From a virus (lineage: Duplodnaviria; Caudoviricetes), in IMG/VR virus record IMGVR_UViG_3300037225_000815, positions 75-64,074 of that record: a stretch of DNA of 64,000 nt, one strand, 5' to 3'. The first letter of the stretch is position 1, and each line of letters starts with the position of its first letter. The notes under the pieces were generated by a model. The model saw nothing but the letters and a program-made list of their open reading frames with translations. It made no database searches and had not been told where the DNA came from. Positions 30,515-39,619 of this stretch are shown one piece after another. Both the position numbers and the translations under genes were made by a program.

Positions 30515-31590
30515 CTCACCTTTGCGAGTATCTCGTTGATGAATATGTCCATGTTGTGTTGCTCGTCTATGAAGTTCTGGTCCAGATAGACTGGTAGGAC
30601 AAACCTTTCCCTATGCGTCCGGTAGACCGTCCGGAACGTATTGATAAGGGCTATCTCGTCGACTTGTCCCCAGACCATTTCTCCCGTTACCTGGGGGAAG
30701 GATGAATTATAAACCAATGCATTCCTGGCAGGGACAGGTATTGAGTTCTTCTGGTTGAAGAACGATTTGACAAGGTAGGGATGGTCAGGATAGATAACCG
30801 GGATACCCCTGGACAGCGCCTCGTTGAATCCCAGGCCCCACCCTTCGCCACGAGTGGTGGAGACGAAGATATCCGCCTCCTGGTACAGGTCGTTCATCTC
30901 TGCTTCTGTAAGGCATCCACATATTGCCTGGATACTGGGGAACTGCTTGCCCAGCCTGGAGATCTTCATGATCTGGCTAATACCTGCTTCCACTGCCTCC
31001 TTCTTGATGTCGGCAACCTTTAAGACAAGCCTGACGGAGTCCAGGCTACCATCGAATGCATATAGGAAGCTCTTGATCAGGGTGGAAGGATCCTTCCGCT
31101 CGTCCCATCTGAAGACCGACAGGAACGTTAGCGGACTATGCCAGGTCCTCTTCTCATAGTTAGAATCGTTCTTCACTATATGAGGGATATAGCTGATATT
31201 GTCCTTTCCCATGCAATGCTGATATGTCTCTACCTGCCATTTCGCGAACGTCACGCAATGCTCCACCTTGTTGAGGATATCCATGTACATAGGCGGCAGG
31301 ATCGCAAGCTCCCAGGCGTAGAACCATATGGTGAAGACTCCGTCGTTCTTTATAGCATTCAGGGAAAGATGAGGATGCGGGACGGCGTGGATTATCCTTA
31401 CATCGGGCTTCCCAATGTCGCTGTCAATCATGCTCTTGACCAGGTTGTCTTCAGGAGTGTCGAACAGCTGTATGGGTCCGATTGTCTTGACCGACACATG
31501 ATGCTTCATGGACTTGAGCTTGATGATATAGTCCTTGGCTGCCTTGCCATACCCCGTTGTGTTGATGTGTGAACAATACTCGATCTTCAT
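30511..31590 (-). CDS. Glycosyltransferase family 4 (GT-B)
   Basis: TGYG, AWE, FLSVFRWDERKD, ADIFVSTTRGEGWGLGFNEALSRGIPVI. Confidence 0.85.
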   Translation of the reverse strand: MKIEYCSHINTTGYGKAAKDYIIKLKSMKHHVSVKTIGPIQLFDTPEDNLVKSMIDSDIGKPDVRIIHAVPHPHLSLNAIKNDGVFTIWFYAWELAILPPMYMDILNKVEHCVTFAKWQVETYQHCMGKDNISYIPHIVKNDSNYEKRTWHSPLTFLSVFRWDERKDPSTLIKSFLYAFDGSLDSVRLVLKVADIKKEAVEAGISQIMKISRLGKQFPSIQAICGCLTEAEMNDLYQEADIFVSTTRGEGWGLGFNEALSRGIPVIYPDHPYLVKSFFNQKNSIPVPARNALVYNSSFPQVTGEMVWGQVDEIALINTFRTVYRTHRERFVLPVYLDQNFIDEQHNMDIFINEILAKVR

Positions 31591-32402
31591 ATCGTCTCCT
31601 TGAATAGAATTCTCTTAGCCTCTATTTCGAACGCTCCTTTGTCTTGTGGCCATGTAAACCACTTGTTCTTGGATGATAACCCATAGATGCCCCTGTTATA
31701 TTCGCTTATTGTCCTCTCGATAGTATTCTTATTACTGCCGTTATATAGTTCAATGATATTCTTGTCGAATATGTGGGAGAAACACCTTACAAATGTCAGG
31801 GAAGACACGACTAGTTTTGCCTCCCTAATCATGTACGCAGCCTCCCTAATTGAGATCGTATCGCCTATATCCATGTCACATCTGATTCCACAAGTAGCCA
31901 TATTCCTGGGTATCCGTTTCCCTATTCCTATTACAGGTAGTAAACTAATTTCCTTTATACAGGTTACAATGGATTGGTCGGTAAGCATCCTATCATGTTC
32001 TCCGGCAAAAGGCATAAGCAATATGAACTCTTTGGGAACCGATATGGATGGCTTCAATATGGGGAATTCTACAGGAATAGGCTCCAATTCTGCAGGCATA
32101 TCGACCTTGTACATATTGGTTCTATCGCCAACCTGGTCAGGAAACCGATTATCACCATCTGCAGGATTGACGCCTTCAACTGCCGATGTGGGTATGCATT
32201 TGACAGGAAATGGCAGGTTCTCGAATATATTTATGACAGGCTCAGGATTCATATGCACCTCATAGAATAGAGATACATCATCGACCAATCCTGCCTTGAA
32301 CATCGCATTTAGCTTAGACAGCCGGCATCTGCCCTCAGTTGCTATGAAGTTCTGGTATATGATATCACCAAGTCCATGTCTTGCAGGTATGAATACTTTC
32401 AT
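31587..32402 (-). CDS. GT9-like (heptosyltransferase-like) glycosyltransferase
   Basis: HGLGDII N-terminus; ILLMPFAG; SIREAAYMIREAKLVVS. Confidence 0.6.
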   Translation of the reverse strand: MKVFIPARHGLGDIIYQNFIATEGRCRLSKLNAMFKAGLVDDVSLFYEVHMNPEPVINIFENLPFPVKCIPTSAVEGVNPADGDNRFPDQVGDRTNMYKVDMPAELEPIPVEFPILKPSISVPKEFILLMPFAGEHDRMLTDQSIVTCIKEISLLPVIGIGKRIPRNMATCGIRCDMDIGDTISIREAAYMIREAKLVVSSLTFVRCFSHIFDKNIIELYNGSNKNTIERTISEYNRGIYGLSSKNKWFTWPQDKGAFEIEAKRILFKETI

Positions 32403-32407
32403 CTACA

Positions 32408-33025
32408 TTACTCCAGGATGTACAGTCTTTGGTATGATGGAATGTCCATAATGCACTTTGCCCGGTGAGACAACAGATAATGGTGGGTCAGGTACGTCTT
32501 TCCTTGTATATCTATGTAATCTAGAGTTCTTGGAAACCACATCTGAACATAGGCATCATCCAGTAGGATTAGAGACCCTTTCTTTAGCTTTGGCAAGGCA
32601 ATCACGATCTCCCTGAGTTGGTGTTCCCTGGACTGTATCTCGCATCCTTCGTAGAAGTCATATGCATCCAGGTATAAGAAGTCTATTTGAAACGGGAACG
32701 CCGACAGAAACTCTACGGAATCGCCAGTGTTGAATATCACTTTGTAATCCCTAGTGAATTCCTTGGCCTTCTCAATATGATCTGGATTGATATCAACACT
32801 ATATAGCTGTCCACCAAACTGCCTTGCCATCTCTGCGAAGATAAGGGTCGATGCTCCCTGGGCATGCAGAAGATTGCTGGATTGTACACCTGTTTCAACA
32901 AGAACCTTTGGCTGCATTCCCCTCATAATATCATATACCATCTTGATGCTTTCAGTCCTATGCGCCAATGTGCCGTCATATCCCGGTATCGTCCCGTCCT
33001 TTAATAATAGGGCAAGATCCAACAT
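32408..33025 (-). CDS. Class I SAM-dependent methyltransferase (Methyltransf_24-like)
   Basis: LVETG, YSVDI, GDSVEFL, IDFLYLD, GSLILLDD. Confidence 0.8.
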   Translation of the reverse strand: MLDLALLLKDGTIPGYDGTLAHRTESIKMVYDIMRGMQPKVLVETGVQSSNLLHAQGASTLIFAEMARQFGGQLYSVDINPDHIEKAKEFTRDYKVIFNTGDSVEFLSAFPFQIDFLYLDAYDFYEGCEIQSREHQLREIVIALPKLKKGSLILLDDAYVQMWFPRTLDYIDIQGKTYLTHHYLLSHRAKCIMDIPSYQRLYILE

Positions 33026-33034
33026 GTGTCTCTC

Positions 33035-33577
33035 CTATAGTTTCAGTTTCTCGATTATGCATTCAATAGCATATTCTCCGGTAGAGTGCTGGTCATCTGG
33101 AATCTTATAGTCGAATCCAGTGTCACAATCCATGCATCTACGTAATCTATACTCTCGTAATGGCAAGGCATCTTCTATGATGCGCAATAGTTTGGCCGGA
33201 GTATAGAATGACCGATGATCATGGTTGAACCTAGAAGGAAGATTTCCCTTCTTCTCATAGAGCCACTGATGTGGAACGTATATGATAAGAAATCCTCCAG
33301 GTTTCAAGCATCTATATTGGTCCTTAATGATATCCATATCATTATTGGTATGCTCTAGCATGTGTGAACTATAGATTACCTCTTGGGAATTATCCTCGAA
33401 TGGAAGATGACTGCCGTCATAGCCTGGAGTGTTTAGATCTATTCCTATGACGCGCTGGTCAGGCATGGTCTCTCCTCCAGTTGCTGCGTATCCTACATCA
33501 ATAATAGTCTTTCCATTTACAAACACATAGAAGCCATCATTAAGCCTGCGAATGTGTGCTTTCAGTGTTTCGCTCAT
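33035..33577 (-). CDS. Class I SAM-dependent methyltransferase (type 11-like)
   Basis: IIDVGY, LPFEDNSQEVIYSSHMLEH, RCLKPGGFLIIYVP. Confidence 0.85.
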   Translation of the reverse strand: MSETLKAHIRRLNDGFYVFVNGKTIIDVGYAATGGETMPDQRVIGIDLNTPGYDGSHLPFEDNSQEVIYSSHMLEHTNNDMDIIKDQYRCLKPGGFLIIYVPHQWLYEKKGNLPSRFNHDHRSFYTPAKLLRIIEDALPLREYRLRRCMDCDTGFDYKIPDDQHSTGEYAIECIIEKLKL

Positions 33578-34311
33578 GCGCCTAACCTTTCAAGGTGACG
33601 GGCTACTTCGGGCGAGAACAGCCGCTGGAAGTTGAACTTTCCAACAGATGACCCGCCGGCCATGTGTAGAACCTTGATTGTCTTGTTGTTAAGCGTGAGA
33701 TTTCCATCCACCAACTTGATATCCTTCCAGCTATCCCAGTGTGTAGTTGTACCATATACGCTGGCGATATTGTAGTAGACATTGGTACCGATAGCATCCA
33801 GAATATTGGTCTTATATTTGCCGCTATGGAATACTTTGTTGAATGTACCGTTATCATAGAAAGGCGTATTAATGCCCTCTGTCAGGTTCAGTTGATTCCA
33901 ATCCTCGAAGAATTGCCTGTTGCGTACCGCGAACACGCCTATATTCAGGTATTGGAATGGATCCAGTCCTGGCCAATTATGTGGTCCGCCATTCCCTGCC
34001 TTGCCTTGATCATTTGTATCCCTGGTACCGGCAACGTCATATTCAGAGTTGAAGATCTCGTCCATCCTATGTGTACATATTGTGTCGCCGTCCAAATGGA
34101 TAACCAAATCATAATCCTTGGCGCATTGGATGCCGAAGTGGGAAATGGTAAGTCCGAAATAGGTAGTATTCATTAGATGCATGGCATCTTCAGTCTGTTC
34201 CCGGCCAAAGAGGATAACAGGTAGCTCAGGATGGAACTTCTTTACGCTCCTGGCCATTCTCTCACATTCCGACTTGTAATCCATGTAGTATGCGTAGACG
34301 CAAGCTTTCAT
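33574..34311 (-). CDS. GT-A fold (GT8-like) glycosyltransferase
   Basis: Start MKACVY after AGGAGG; SVKKFHP, IHLDGD (DxD), YLNIGVF, VLHMAG. Confidence 0.7.
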   Translation of the reverse strand: MKACVYAYYMDYKSECERMARSVKKFHPELPVILFGREQTEDAMHLMNTTYFGLTISHFGIQCAKDYDLVIHLDGDTICTHRMDEIFNSEYDVAGTRDTNDQGKAGNGGPHNWPGLDPFQYLNIGVFAVRNRQFFEDWNQLNLTEGINTPFYDNGTFNKVFHSGKYKTNILDAIGTNVYYNIASVYGTTTHWDSWKDIKLVDGNLTLNNKTIKVLHMAGGSSVGKFNFQRLFSPEVARHLERLGA

Positions 34312-34344
34312 GGTATGTTCCCTCCTGTAACCAATTATGTTACC

Positions 34345-34373
34345 AATATACACATTCTGTTACGGAAAGTCAA
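34345..34373 (-). promoter_or_regulatory. sigma70-like promoter for the GT/MTase/sigma operon
   Basis: TTGACT-17 nt-TATATT. Confidence 0.65.
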
Positions 34374-34386
34374 GCATGGAAGACGA

Positions 34387-34419
34387 GAAAGGCCCGGCCG
34401 TAAGTGTGCGACCGGGCCC
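34387..34419 (-). terminator. Terminator-like hairpin
   Basis: Minus strand GGCCCGGTCG...CGGCCGGGCC-TTTC after the 34433 stop. Confidence 0.55.
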
Positions 34420-34432
34420 TTGAGATGATGGG

Positions 34433-34684
34433 TTATTTCATGAATATACGATACTTCTTGCCCTCTTCTGCCTGCCATGACTCCTCTATCTCCCGCTTTG
34501 TGAAGTATAGGAATTTGTAGTCATGGATGTTCCATGGATCGGTGTACCGCCTATACCAGTTCCCATCCTGGACATCCAAGCCTCTGTTCACAGCTCGACG
34601 GAATAGCCTGTTCGCGATCTGCCGGTTCTCATGGGAACAGCTGTTATCAGTAAACCCGGGCACGTGTTTGAAGCTTCTGGACAT
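34433..34684 (-). CDS. Small basic 'MSRS' phage protein
   Basis: MSRSFKHVP...ANRLFRR...WNIHDY; AAGGAG SD. Confidence 0.65.
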   Translation of the reverse strand: MSRSFKHVPGFTDNSCSHENRQIANRLFRRAVNRGLDVQDGNWYRRYTDPWNIHDYKFLYFTKREIEESWQAEEGKKYRIFMK

Positions 34685-34726
34685 GTGTAGCTCCTTTAAT
34701 TAAGGTCACTACATATGGTACCTCCT
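34685..34726 (-). promoter_or_regulatory. Start-stop uORF (ATG-TAG-TGA) within an SD-sequestering hairpin
   Basis: Minus strand AGGAGG-taccat-ATG-TAG-TGA-ccttaattaAAGGAG-ctacac-ATG. TGTAG/CTACA and CCTT/AAGG can pair. Confidence 0.6.
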
Positions 34727-34738
34727 GGAGGGTTGTTG

Positions 34739-34951
34739 CTAGATGATTCCGTTCAATGCAAGGACGCGCATCTGGTCGGCGACCTTCTCGAGCTGCATGA
34801 TGTGCTTGGTGATCTGGACGCAATCCTGGGCGTCAAGCTTGGCGCCGCGGACGACGCCGCATACCAGCTTGGTCACGGCCGTCTTATACAGGTCGTCTTC
34901 GCTGATCCTTGACATCTTTGCCTTTGTTGGCATCTTCTTTGATCTGGCCAC
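34739..34951 (-). CDS. Hypothetical protein
   Basis: GTG start with AGGAGG SD. Confidence 0.55.
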   Translation of the reverse strand: MARSKKMPTKAKMSRISEDDLYKTAVTKLVCGVVRGAKLDAQDCVQITKHIMQLEKVADQMRVLALNGII

Positions 34952-35048
34952 GTTGCCTCCTGGTCATTAGGTTGGGAAGGGTATCCGGGTCGGGAACCAG
35001 CGGCTTATACCGCGTTAACGGCTTCAGCCGCTGGAGATTCGGCATTAC

Positions 35049-35360
35049 TTACCCCTGTCCCGTCTGTGTCGGAGGATATAACGGCCTCGAGCCGGTAGGG
35101 CCCTTGGTCGCATACACATTCGGCTTGTAGACATGGGACTTGCCCATGGTTACCGTCGCTGTGTTCCGTTCCGGCGCCTGCTTCGTCAGCTGCTTCTTCA
35201 GAGCTTCGATGTCCGGCGCGTTCTTGTTTCCGATCTGGTACGGTTCCACCTTGGCCGGCCCCTTGTTAGGGTGGAGGATGTCTATCCCCTGGCCCTGGGT
35301 CTTCCGGTCACCCGCAGGTGTCCTGGAACCGCTGTATCTGGCTCCGCCTGGCTTTGCCAT
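35049..35360 (-). CDS. Low-complexity Pro/Gly/Lys-rich protein
   Basis: AAGGAG SD; KGP and TGQG motifs. Confidence 0.55.
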   Translation of the reverse strand: MAKPGGARYSGSRTPAGDRKTQGQGIDILHPNKGPAKVEPYQIGNKNAPDIEALKKQLTKQAPERNTATVTMGKSHVYKPNVYATKGPTGSRPLYPPTQTGQG

Positions 35361-35399
35361 AATGTTCTCCTTGATGTTATTGTCTGCGGCCTTCCGCGC

Positions 35400-35577
35400 T
35401 TACTTGCCCTTGCTGACCGTGGATGGGTATCCGCCGGGGCCTTTGGGTGTGACACGCCGTCCGAGGTAGCCATCAGACTTGGATGGTTGGCCTGGAGTGA
35501 TCAGCTGCCCGTTGTAAGGGCCCTGGCCAGTCTTCGCCGGCTTCGTCGGATTCGTTGTTCCTTGTACCTTAGCCATT
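35400..35577 (-). CDS. Low-complexity Pro/Gly/Lys-rich protein
   Basis: Start MAKVQGTT after AAGGAG (start coordinate approximate); KGP and TGQG motifs. Confidence 0.5.
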
Positions 35578-35769
35578 GTTAGCTCCTTGTGGTTTATCGA
35601 TCTTATCTGGATGCTTCCATTTGATGGGCGGGAAGTCGTTCCCGTGGGCGTGGCAGCAACCGGCCATGCCCAGTACTGCATCGTGCCATTTCTGGGCCTC
35701 TTCGCCATCGGCAACGAGTATCTCGTCCTCGAATTCGATGGTTACTTTGAGGCACTTGTGATCAGCCAT
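35569..35769 (-). CDS. Hypothetical protein
   Basis: Coupled to both neighbours. Confidence 0.45.
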   Translation of the reverse strand: MADHKCLKVTIEFEDEILVADGEEAQKWHDAVLGMAGCCHAHGNDFPPIKWKHPDKIDKPQGANNG

Positions 35770-36196
35770 TCGGTTTCACCGGGGCATTCGCCGGGGCATT
35801 GACCGGTACTGGTAGATTGGAAAGGATGACGGCATTCTTGATCCTGTCGGCGCCTACGAAAGTTACTATCACGCCTTCTATAGAAGCGAACGCCTCGATT
35901 GGGAACTGGATCTTCTGCGATGCCAGATAGGCATACACCAGGACCAGCACTCCCCCGACTGTGGTTAATACGTGCGCCGGAGCATCCGCAAGCATGAGTG
36001 CGTTCGGATCCTGCGCATTCTTCGCCTTCTGGAAACCTATGGATAAGGCCACCAGTCCGCCAAGCACCAACGACAGCCAGTGCGGAATCAGCACTATGGC
36101 CATCTGTACGATGCCCCCGAAGATCAACAGCGCGATGGTCACCAGAGCCATCCACAACGTGGGACTGGAATACCAAGCTTGTTTCTTATCATTCAT
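35762..36196 (-). CDS. Multi-TM membrane protein, holin-like
   Basis: WYSSPTLW start, about four hydrophobic segments, AGGAGG SD. Confidence 0.55.
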   Translation of the reverse strand: MNDKKQAWYSSPTLWMALVTIALLIFGGIVQMAIVLIPHWLSLVLGGLVALSIGFQKAKNAQDPNALMLADAPAHVLTTVGGVLVLVYAYLASQKIQFPIEAFASIEGVIVTFVGADRIKNAVILSNLPVPVNAPANAPVKPNG

Positions 36197-36198
36197 AT

Positions 36199-36885
36199 TT
36201 AGCCTCCTAAGCTAATAGATTCTAATTGTAATGTTCGACCAGTGGCACTATTTCGACAAGCTTCCGCTAGCTGTAATAGTCCTTTCTGCCGATATGATGG
36301 GTCTTTCCACCGTTCCTTAAGTCTTTCAGACATCTTCTGCCTGGTTGCAAGAGATAGCTTTCTACCCCGTTGCCAGGATGATAATTTGGCTTTATGGTCA
36401 GGAGTAAACTCCTTTCCTTTAAGAGCTTGAGACATCTTCATTCTTGCATCAAGTGTATGCTTCCTGCCTAGAATCTTAGCTGTTCTCTTGGCTATAGATT
36501 CTGGAGATAGCTTCTTGCCTTTCTGCGATTCGGCTATCTTCATCCTTGTTTCTAATGAAGGCTTGTAACCTAAGTGTCCTTCTCCGCCTTCAGTTGTATT
36601 TACTAACTTACAACCAGAATCCTTATATGTCTTAATGAGCTGAATCTCTTCATTAGAACCATCACCTTCAACCTCCAAGATCTGCTGTACTTTAGGTTCA
36701 ACGCCATCCTTTATGCAGCATCTGATCCATTTGCACCTATAGTCGGTACCACCAAGTCTAGCTTCACTCATATGTTCAATAAGTCTCCTCTCTGGTGTAT
36801 ATGTGGTCTTTCCAATGTATCTTACCTGACCATAAAGCTCATGGGAATATCTAGGTTCAAGTAGGACATATAGCTTAGTCTTCAT
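36199..36885 (-). mobile_element. GIY-YIG homing endonuclease with NUMOD3 repeats
   Basis: LYVLLEP...RYIGKT...RLIEH; LVNTTEGGEG; repeated S.ETR.K(I/M)S...KG; AT-rich; next to the tRNA cluster. Confidence 0.8.
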
Positions 36886-36955
36886 TATATCCTTCCAGGG
36901 TACCATTTCTGTGTGTTATTCATTTGAACCTCCTTGAGGTTATAAGATACGGTTT

Positions 36956-37117
36956 CTATGTAGCCGGAGCGGCGGGCGGCGCGGGCGGGACAGGCGGCTT
37001 CTTCGTGAACCAGCCCTTGATTGTGTCCCACAACAGGGATATTCCCTGTATGATGGTTGCCACCAGCCCGATATCGTTCAATACGTCCTGGGGGCTGATC
37101 TTGTCCTTCTTGGCCAT
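36956..37117 (-). CDS. Small protein with one hydrophobic helix
   Basis: Start MAKKDKISP after AAGGAGG (start coordinate approximate). Confidence 0.5.
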   Translation of the reverse strand: MAKKDKISPQDVLNDIGLVATIIQGISLLWDTIKGWFTKKPPVPPAPPAAPAT

Positions 37118-37174
37118 GTTTCCTCCTTGGCTCGATACCCATATGTTAGGTACTTTCAAGCCTTTCATCATCTG

Positions 37175-37261
37175 TGGGAAGTGATGGATTCGAACCACCG
37201 CGGCCGCTTTCGCGACGACGGGTTTACAGCCCGTTGGTTTCAACCGCTCACCCAACTGCCC
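37175..37261 (-). tRNA. tRNA-Tyr(GTA)
   Basis: GGGCAGT acceptor (one mismatch), ACGGG-CT-GTA-AA-CCCGT, long variable arm, GGTTCGAATCC; CCA not encoded. Confidence 0.9.
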
Positions 37262-37264
37262 ATT

Positions 37265-37337
37265 TGGAGCTGACAGGAATCGAACCTGCGACTTCCTGGT
37301 TGCAAACCAGGCGCTCTCCCAACTGAGCTACAACCCC
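37265..37337 (-). tRNA. tRNA-Ala(TGC)
   Basis: CCTGG-TT-TGC-AA-CCAGG; G3:U70 identity pair; GGTTCGATTCC. Confidence 0.95.
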
Positions 37338-37340
37338 ATT

Positions 37341-37414
37341 CGGACTGTACGGGACTCGAACCCGTGACCTCCGGATCGACAATCCGGCGCACTAGCCAAC
37401 TGTGCTAACAATCC
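37341..37414 (-). tRNA. tRNA-Asp(GTC)
   Basis: CCGGA-TT-GTC-GA-TCCGG; G discriminator; GGTTCGAGTCC. Confidence 0.93.
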
Positions 37415-37419
37415 CTTCT

Positions 37420-37493
37420 AGCGGCCTGTGGGATTTGAACCCACGTAAACCAGCTTGGAAGGCTGGCACATAACCGGGCTCTGTCAAAGCCGC
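37420..37493 (-). tRNA. tRNA-Gly(TCC)
   Basis: GCGGCTT/AGGCCGC acceptor, CCAGC-CT-TCC-AA-GCTGG, U discriminator; weak D arm. Confidence 0.88.
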
Positions 37494-37499
37494 ACATAT

Positions 37500-37586
37500 C
37501 GGAGAGTACAGGACTTGAACCTGTAAGGCGACTTAATGCGCCCACGGATTTAGCAAACCCGCTCCTTACCATTCGAACAACTCTCC
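37500..37586 (-). tRNA. tRNA-Ser(GCT)
   Basis: GGAGAGT/ACTCTCC acceptor, CGGGT-TT-GCT-AA-ATCCG, long variable arm, G discriminator. Confidence 0.88.
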
Positions 37587-37589
37587 ATT

Positions 37590-37675
37590 CGGAGAGAGTA
37601 GGATTTGAACCTACGCATCCCTTACGGGATGGCGGCTTAGCAAGCCGCTGGTTTAAGCCGCTCACCCAACTCTCT
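37590..37675 (-). tRNA. tRNA-Ser(GCT), second divergent copy
   Basis: GCGGC-TT-GCT-AA-GCCGC, long variable arm; acceptor has A1:C72 and U7:U66 mismatches. Confidence 0.8.
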
Positions 37676-38012
37676 ATGTTAACTGCTTCCTTTCAGGATC
37701 CGAGCTATGCGTAGCATCACGCTCCTTCCTGGCCGGTGGTTTGTTGCCGAACAAGATCTCGATGTCAAGGCGGTGTCCCCAGTCAGTCGTCAGGGTACCT
37801 CCAGCCAGGTTGGCCCGCATGGCCTTCACGATGTCCACAAGAAGGTCCCGGACCGATCCGGTGTTGTACTCGGTCGTTATGTTCAATGATACCTTGATTG
37901 GCTTGCCATATTCGGATGGCCCAATCATCAATTGGTCATATGGTAATGATTCAGGCGGTACGACGTCCACTTCCTTGTAGAATACTTTGTCTGTCGGCTT
38001 GATATCGTTCAT
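37674..38012 (-). CDS. Hypothetical protein
   Basis: Likely start MNDIKPTD after GGAG. Confidence 0.5.
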   Translation of the reverse strand: MNDIKPTDKVFYKEVDVVPPESLPYDQLMIGPSEYGKPIKVSLNITTEYNTGSVRDLLVDIVKAMRANLAGGTLTTDWGHRLDIEILFGNKPPARKERDATHSSDPERKQLT

Positions 38013-38262
38013 CTTCTCTCCTCTCCTGTATTGTCTTCTCTCCAAAGTGCCGGCGGGGATTGCCACAGCACCAACTGGAGCATTGCTTGGTTGTCTTCCT
38101 GAGCTTATGCGACTGGTGCTCGATCCATTCTTCCTTCGTGATCCGGTGCTCGAAGTTCAGGCTACCCCGGTCACTATAGAAGAAGTCGATCCTGCTGGCC
38201 AGCGCCTTGGCTCGCCTGAGCCCGTTCGCTTTCGCCTTCTCAAGACGCTCCCTTGATATCAT
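37951..38262 (-). CDS. Basic hypothetical protein
   Basis: CSSWCCGNPRRHFGEKTIQERR motif; coupled to the upstream ORF. Confidence 0.6.
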   Translation of the reverse strand: MISRERLEKAKANGLRRAKALASRIDFFYSDRGSLNFEHRITKEEWIEHQSHKLRKTTKQCSSWCCGNPRRHFGEKTIQERREDERYQADRQSILQGSGRRTA

Positions 38263-38627
38263 GCATGAGTACCTCTATCCCTCATGTATCCTTTCCAATT
38301 GAGTAGCGGCCGGTAGACCGGCGGCTGGTCCTTGATGGGATCCGTCGGAACATGGATCCATGGCGTCCGCGGGGAATCCTCCGGAACCTCGGATGAGATC
38401 CGGTTGCTGCCATGGACAGGGTCGATGGCAACTTCCCTCAGGACAGGATCGTTGGTATGGACTCCGCCGTTGGGATTGACCATGCCTGGACCGGGCTCGA
38501 AGAAGTCCCTGCGGCTGACTCTATTTGGAAGTGCCTTGATATTGGGAGTATGCTTAGCCCATTTCTTAGCCATCTTGGGATGCTGTGAGAACATCCATCG
38601 AGCTTGAGATTTGGAAGCGAAAGGCAT
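38259..38627 (-). CDS. Hypothetical phage protein
   Basis: MPFASKSQARWMF N-terminus; AGGAG SD. Confidence 0.6.
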   Translation of the reverse strand: MPFASKSQARWMFSQHPKMAKKWAKHTPNIKALPNRVSRRDFFEPGPGMVNPNGGVHTNDPVLREVAIDPVHGSNRISSEVPEDSPRTPWIHVPTDPIKDQPPVYRPLLNWKGYMRDRGTHA

Positions 38628-38656
38628 TTGATTGCTCCTGGTTTCTATTGTCTACT

Positions 38657-38965
38657 CTAGACTTCCTTCATCCTGGCCTTGAGCGCCGGCAGGTTGAATG
38701 TACCGAACATCCTGTCGACCTCGGCGCCGTTCTTGTATACGATCAGCGTCGGCACGCTGCATACGTTCTCGGCCTGGGTGAGCCGGTCATGCTTCTCCAC
38801 GTCCACATAATAGAAGTTGCATTTATCGGACATCTCATTCTCAAGCTCCTCGATGATCCCCTTCATCGACTTGCATGGGTCGCACCATGGCGCCCCGTAC
38901 TCGACTATGACCAGTCCCTTGGAATGGTCAAGCTCGGAATAGTTCTCTTGCCTGATCTCATACAT
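38657..38965 (-). CDS. Thioredoxin-like protein
   Basis: GAPWCDPCK active site; SVPTLIVYKNG cis-Pro motif. Confidence 0.9.
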   Translation of the reverse strand: MYEIRQENYSELDHSKGLVIVEYGAPWCDPCKSMKGIIEELENEMSDKCNFYYVDVEKHDRLTQAENVCSVPTLIVYKNGAEVDRMFGTFNLPALKARMKEV

Positions 38966-38967
38966 CT

Positions 38968-39336
38968 CTATACCTCCCTGACTTTCAGTTCTGCTGGCGG
39001 CGCGGTCACCGACTTGAAATGGGAACCCTTGTCCTTCACGCCGAGCATGGTCATTAGATTATCGAGCCGCCTCCGCTCCGCCTGGACCTCGCTTTCCATG
39101 TCGGCTATATCCCTTGGCATCTCCCTGAGCTGCCGCTCATACACCTTCCTCACGCACGACCAGCACGCGTGGCGGTCAGAATACTGGTCGTAGTCGTTCC
39201 TTACCTGGACCCGGAAGACTCTGCCCTTGTACTCGTGCCGGTTGATCTTCCTGCCGCAGACGGCGCATGTCTGTGCCTTATGCGGAAGGTTGGTGACCTC
39301 TGTGTATATGGCAATCAGCTTCTTCAGCTCAGTCAT
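38968..39336 (-). CDS. Zn-finger hypothetical protein
   Basis: CAVCG...CWSC. Confidence 0.55.
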   Translation of the reverse strand: MTELKKLIAIYTEVTNLPHKAQTCAVCGRKINRHEYKGRVFRVQVRNDYDQYSDRHACWSCVRKVYERQLREMPRDIADMESEVQAERRRLDNLMTMLGVKDKGSHFKSVTAPPAELKVREV

Positions 39337-39541
39337 GCCTGTCCCTCCTGAACGTCACAATGAACCAGGTCCTGATGTAGCCGGCTGCCGCTACGACGAA
39401 CATTATTGGGGCTCCCATTGCCACTGTTGCGACGGCAACCGCGATAGTTGCGACGGCGACCACCAAACCTGCGACGGCCAGCAGTATTGCGACGGGAACG
39501 GCCCAAAGCCATCCCAATTTGGACTTCGACAGTGTGCTCAT
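39329..39541 (-). CDS. Small membrane protein
   Basis: Start MSTLSKSK; long Ala/Val hydrophobic stretch. Confidence 0.5.
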   Translation of the reverse strand: MSTLSKSKLGWLWAVPVAILLAVAGLVVAVATIAVAVATVAMGAPIMFVVAAAGYIRTWFIVTFRRDRHD

Positions 39542-39619
39542 ATTGCCCCTCGGAAGATGGTCCGCCCACGGCGGAGGGAGGTAGCCGTGGGTTGGGACCA
39601 ATAGGGAAAGGAGGTATGT

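Noticed and set aside
37405-37665. ORFs over the tRNA cluster
   Set aside because: They overlap clear tRNA cloverleafs.
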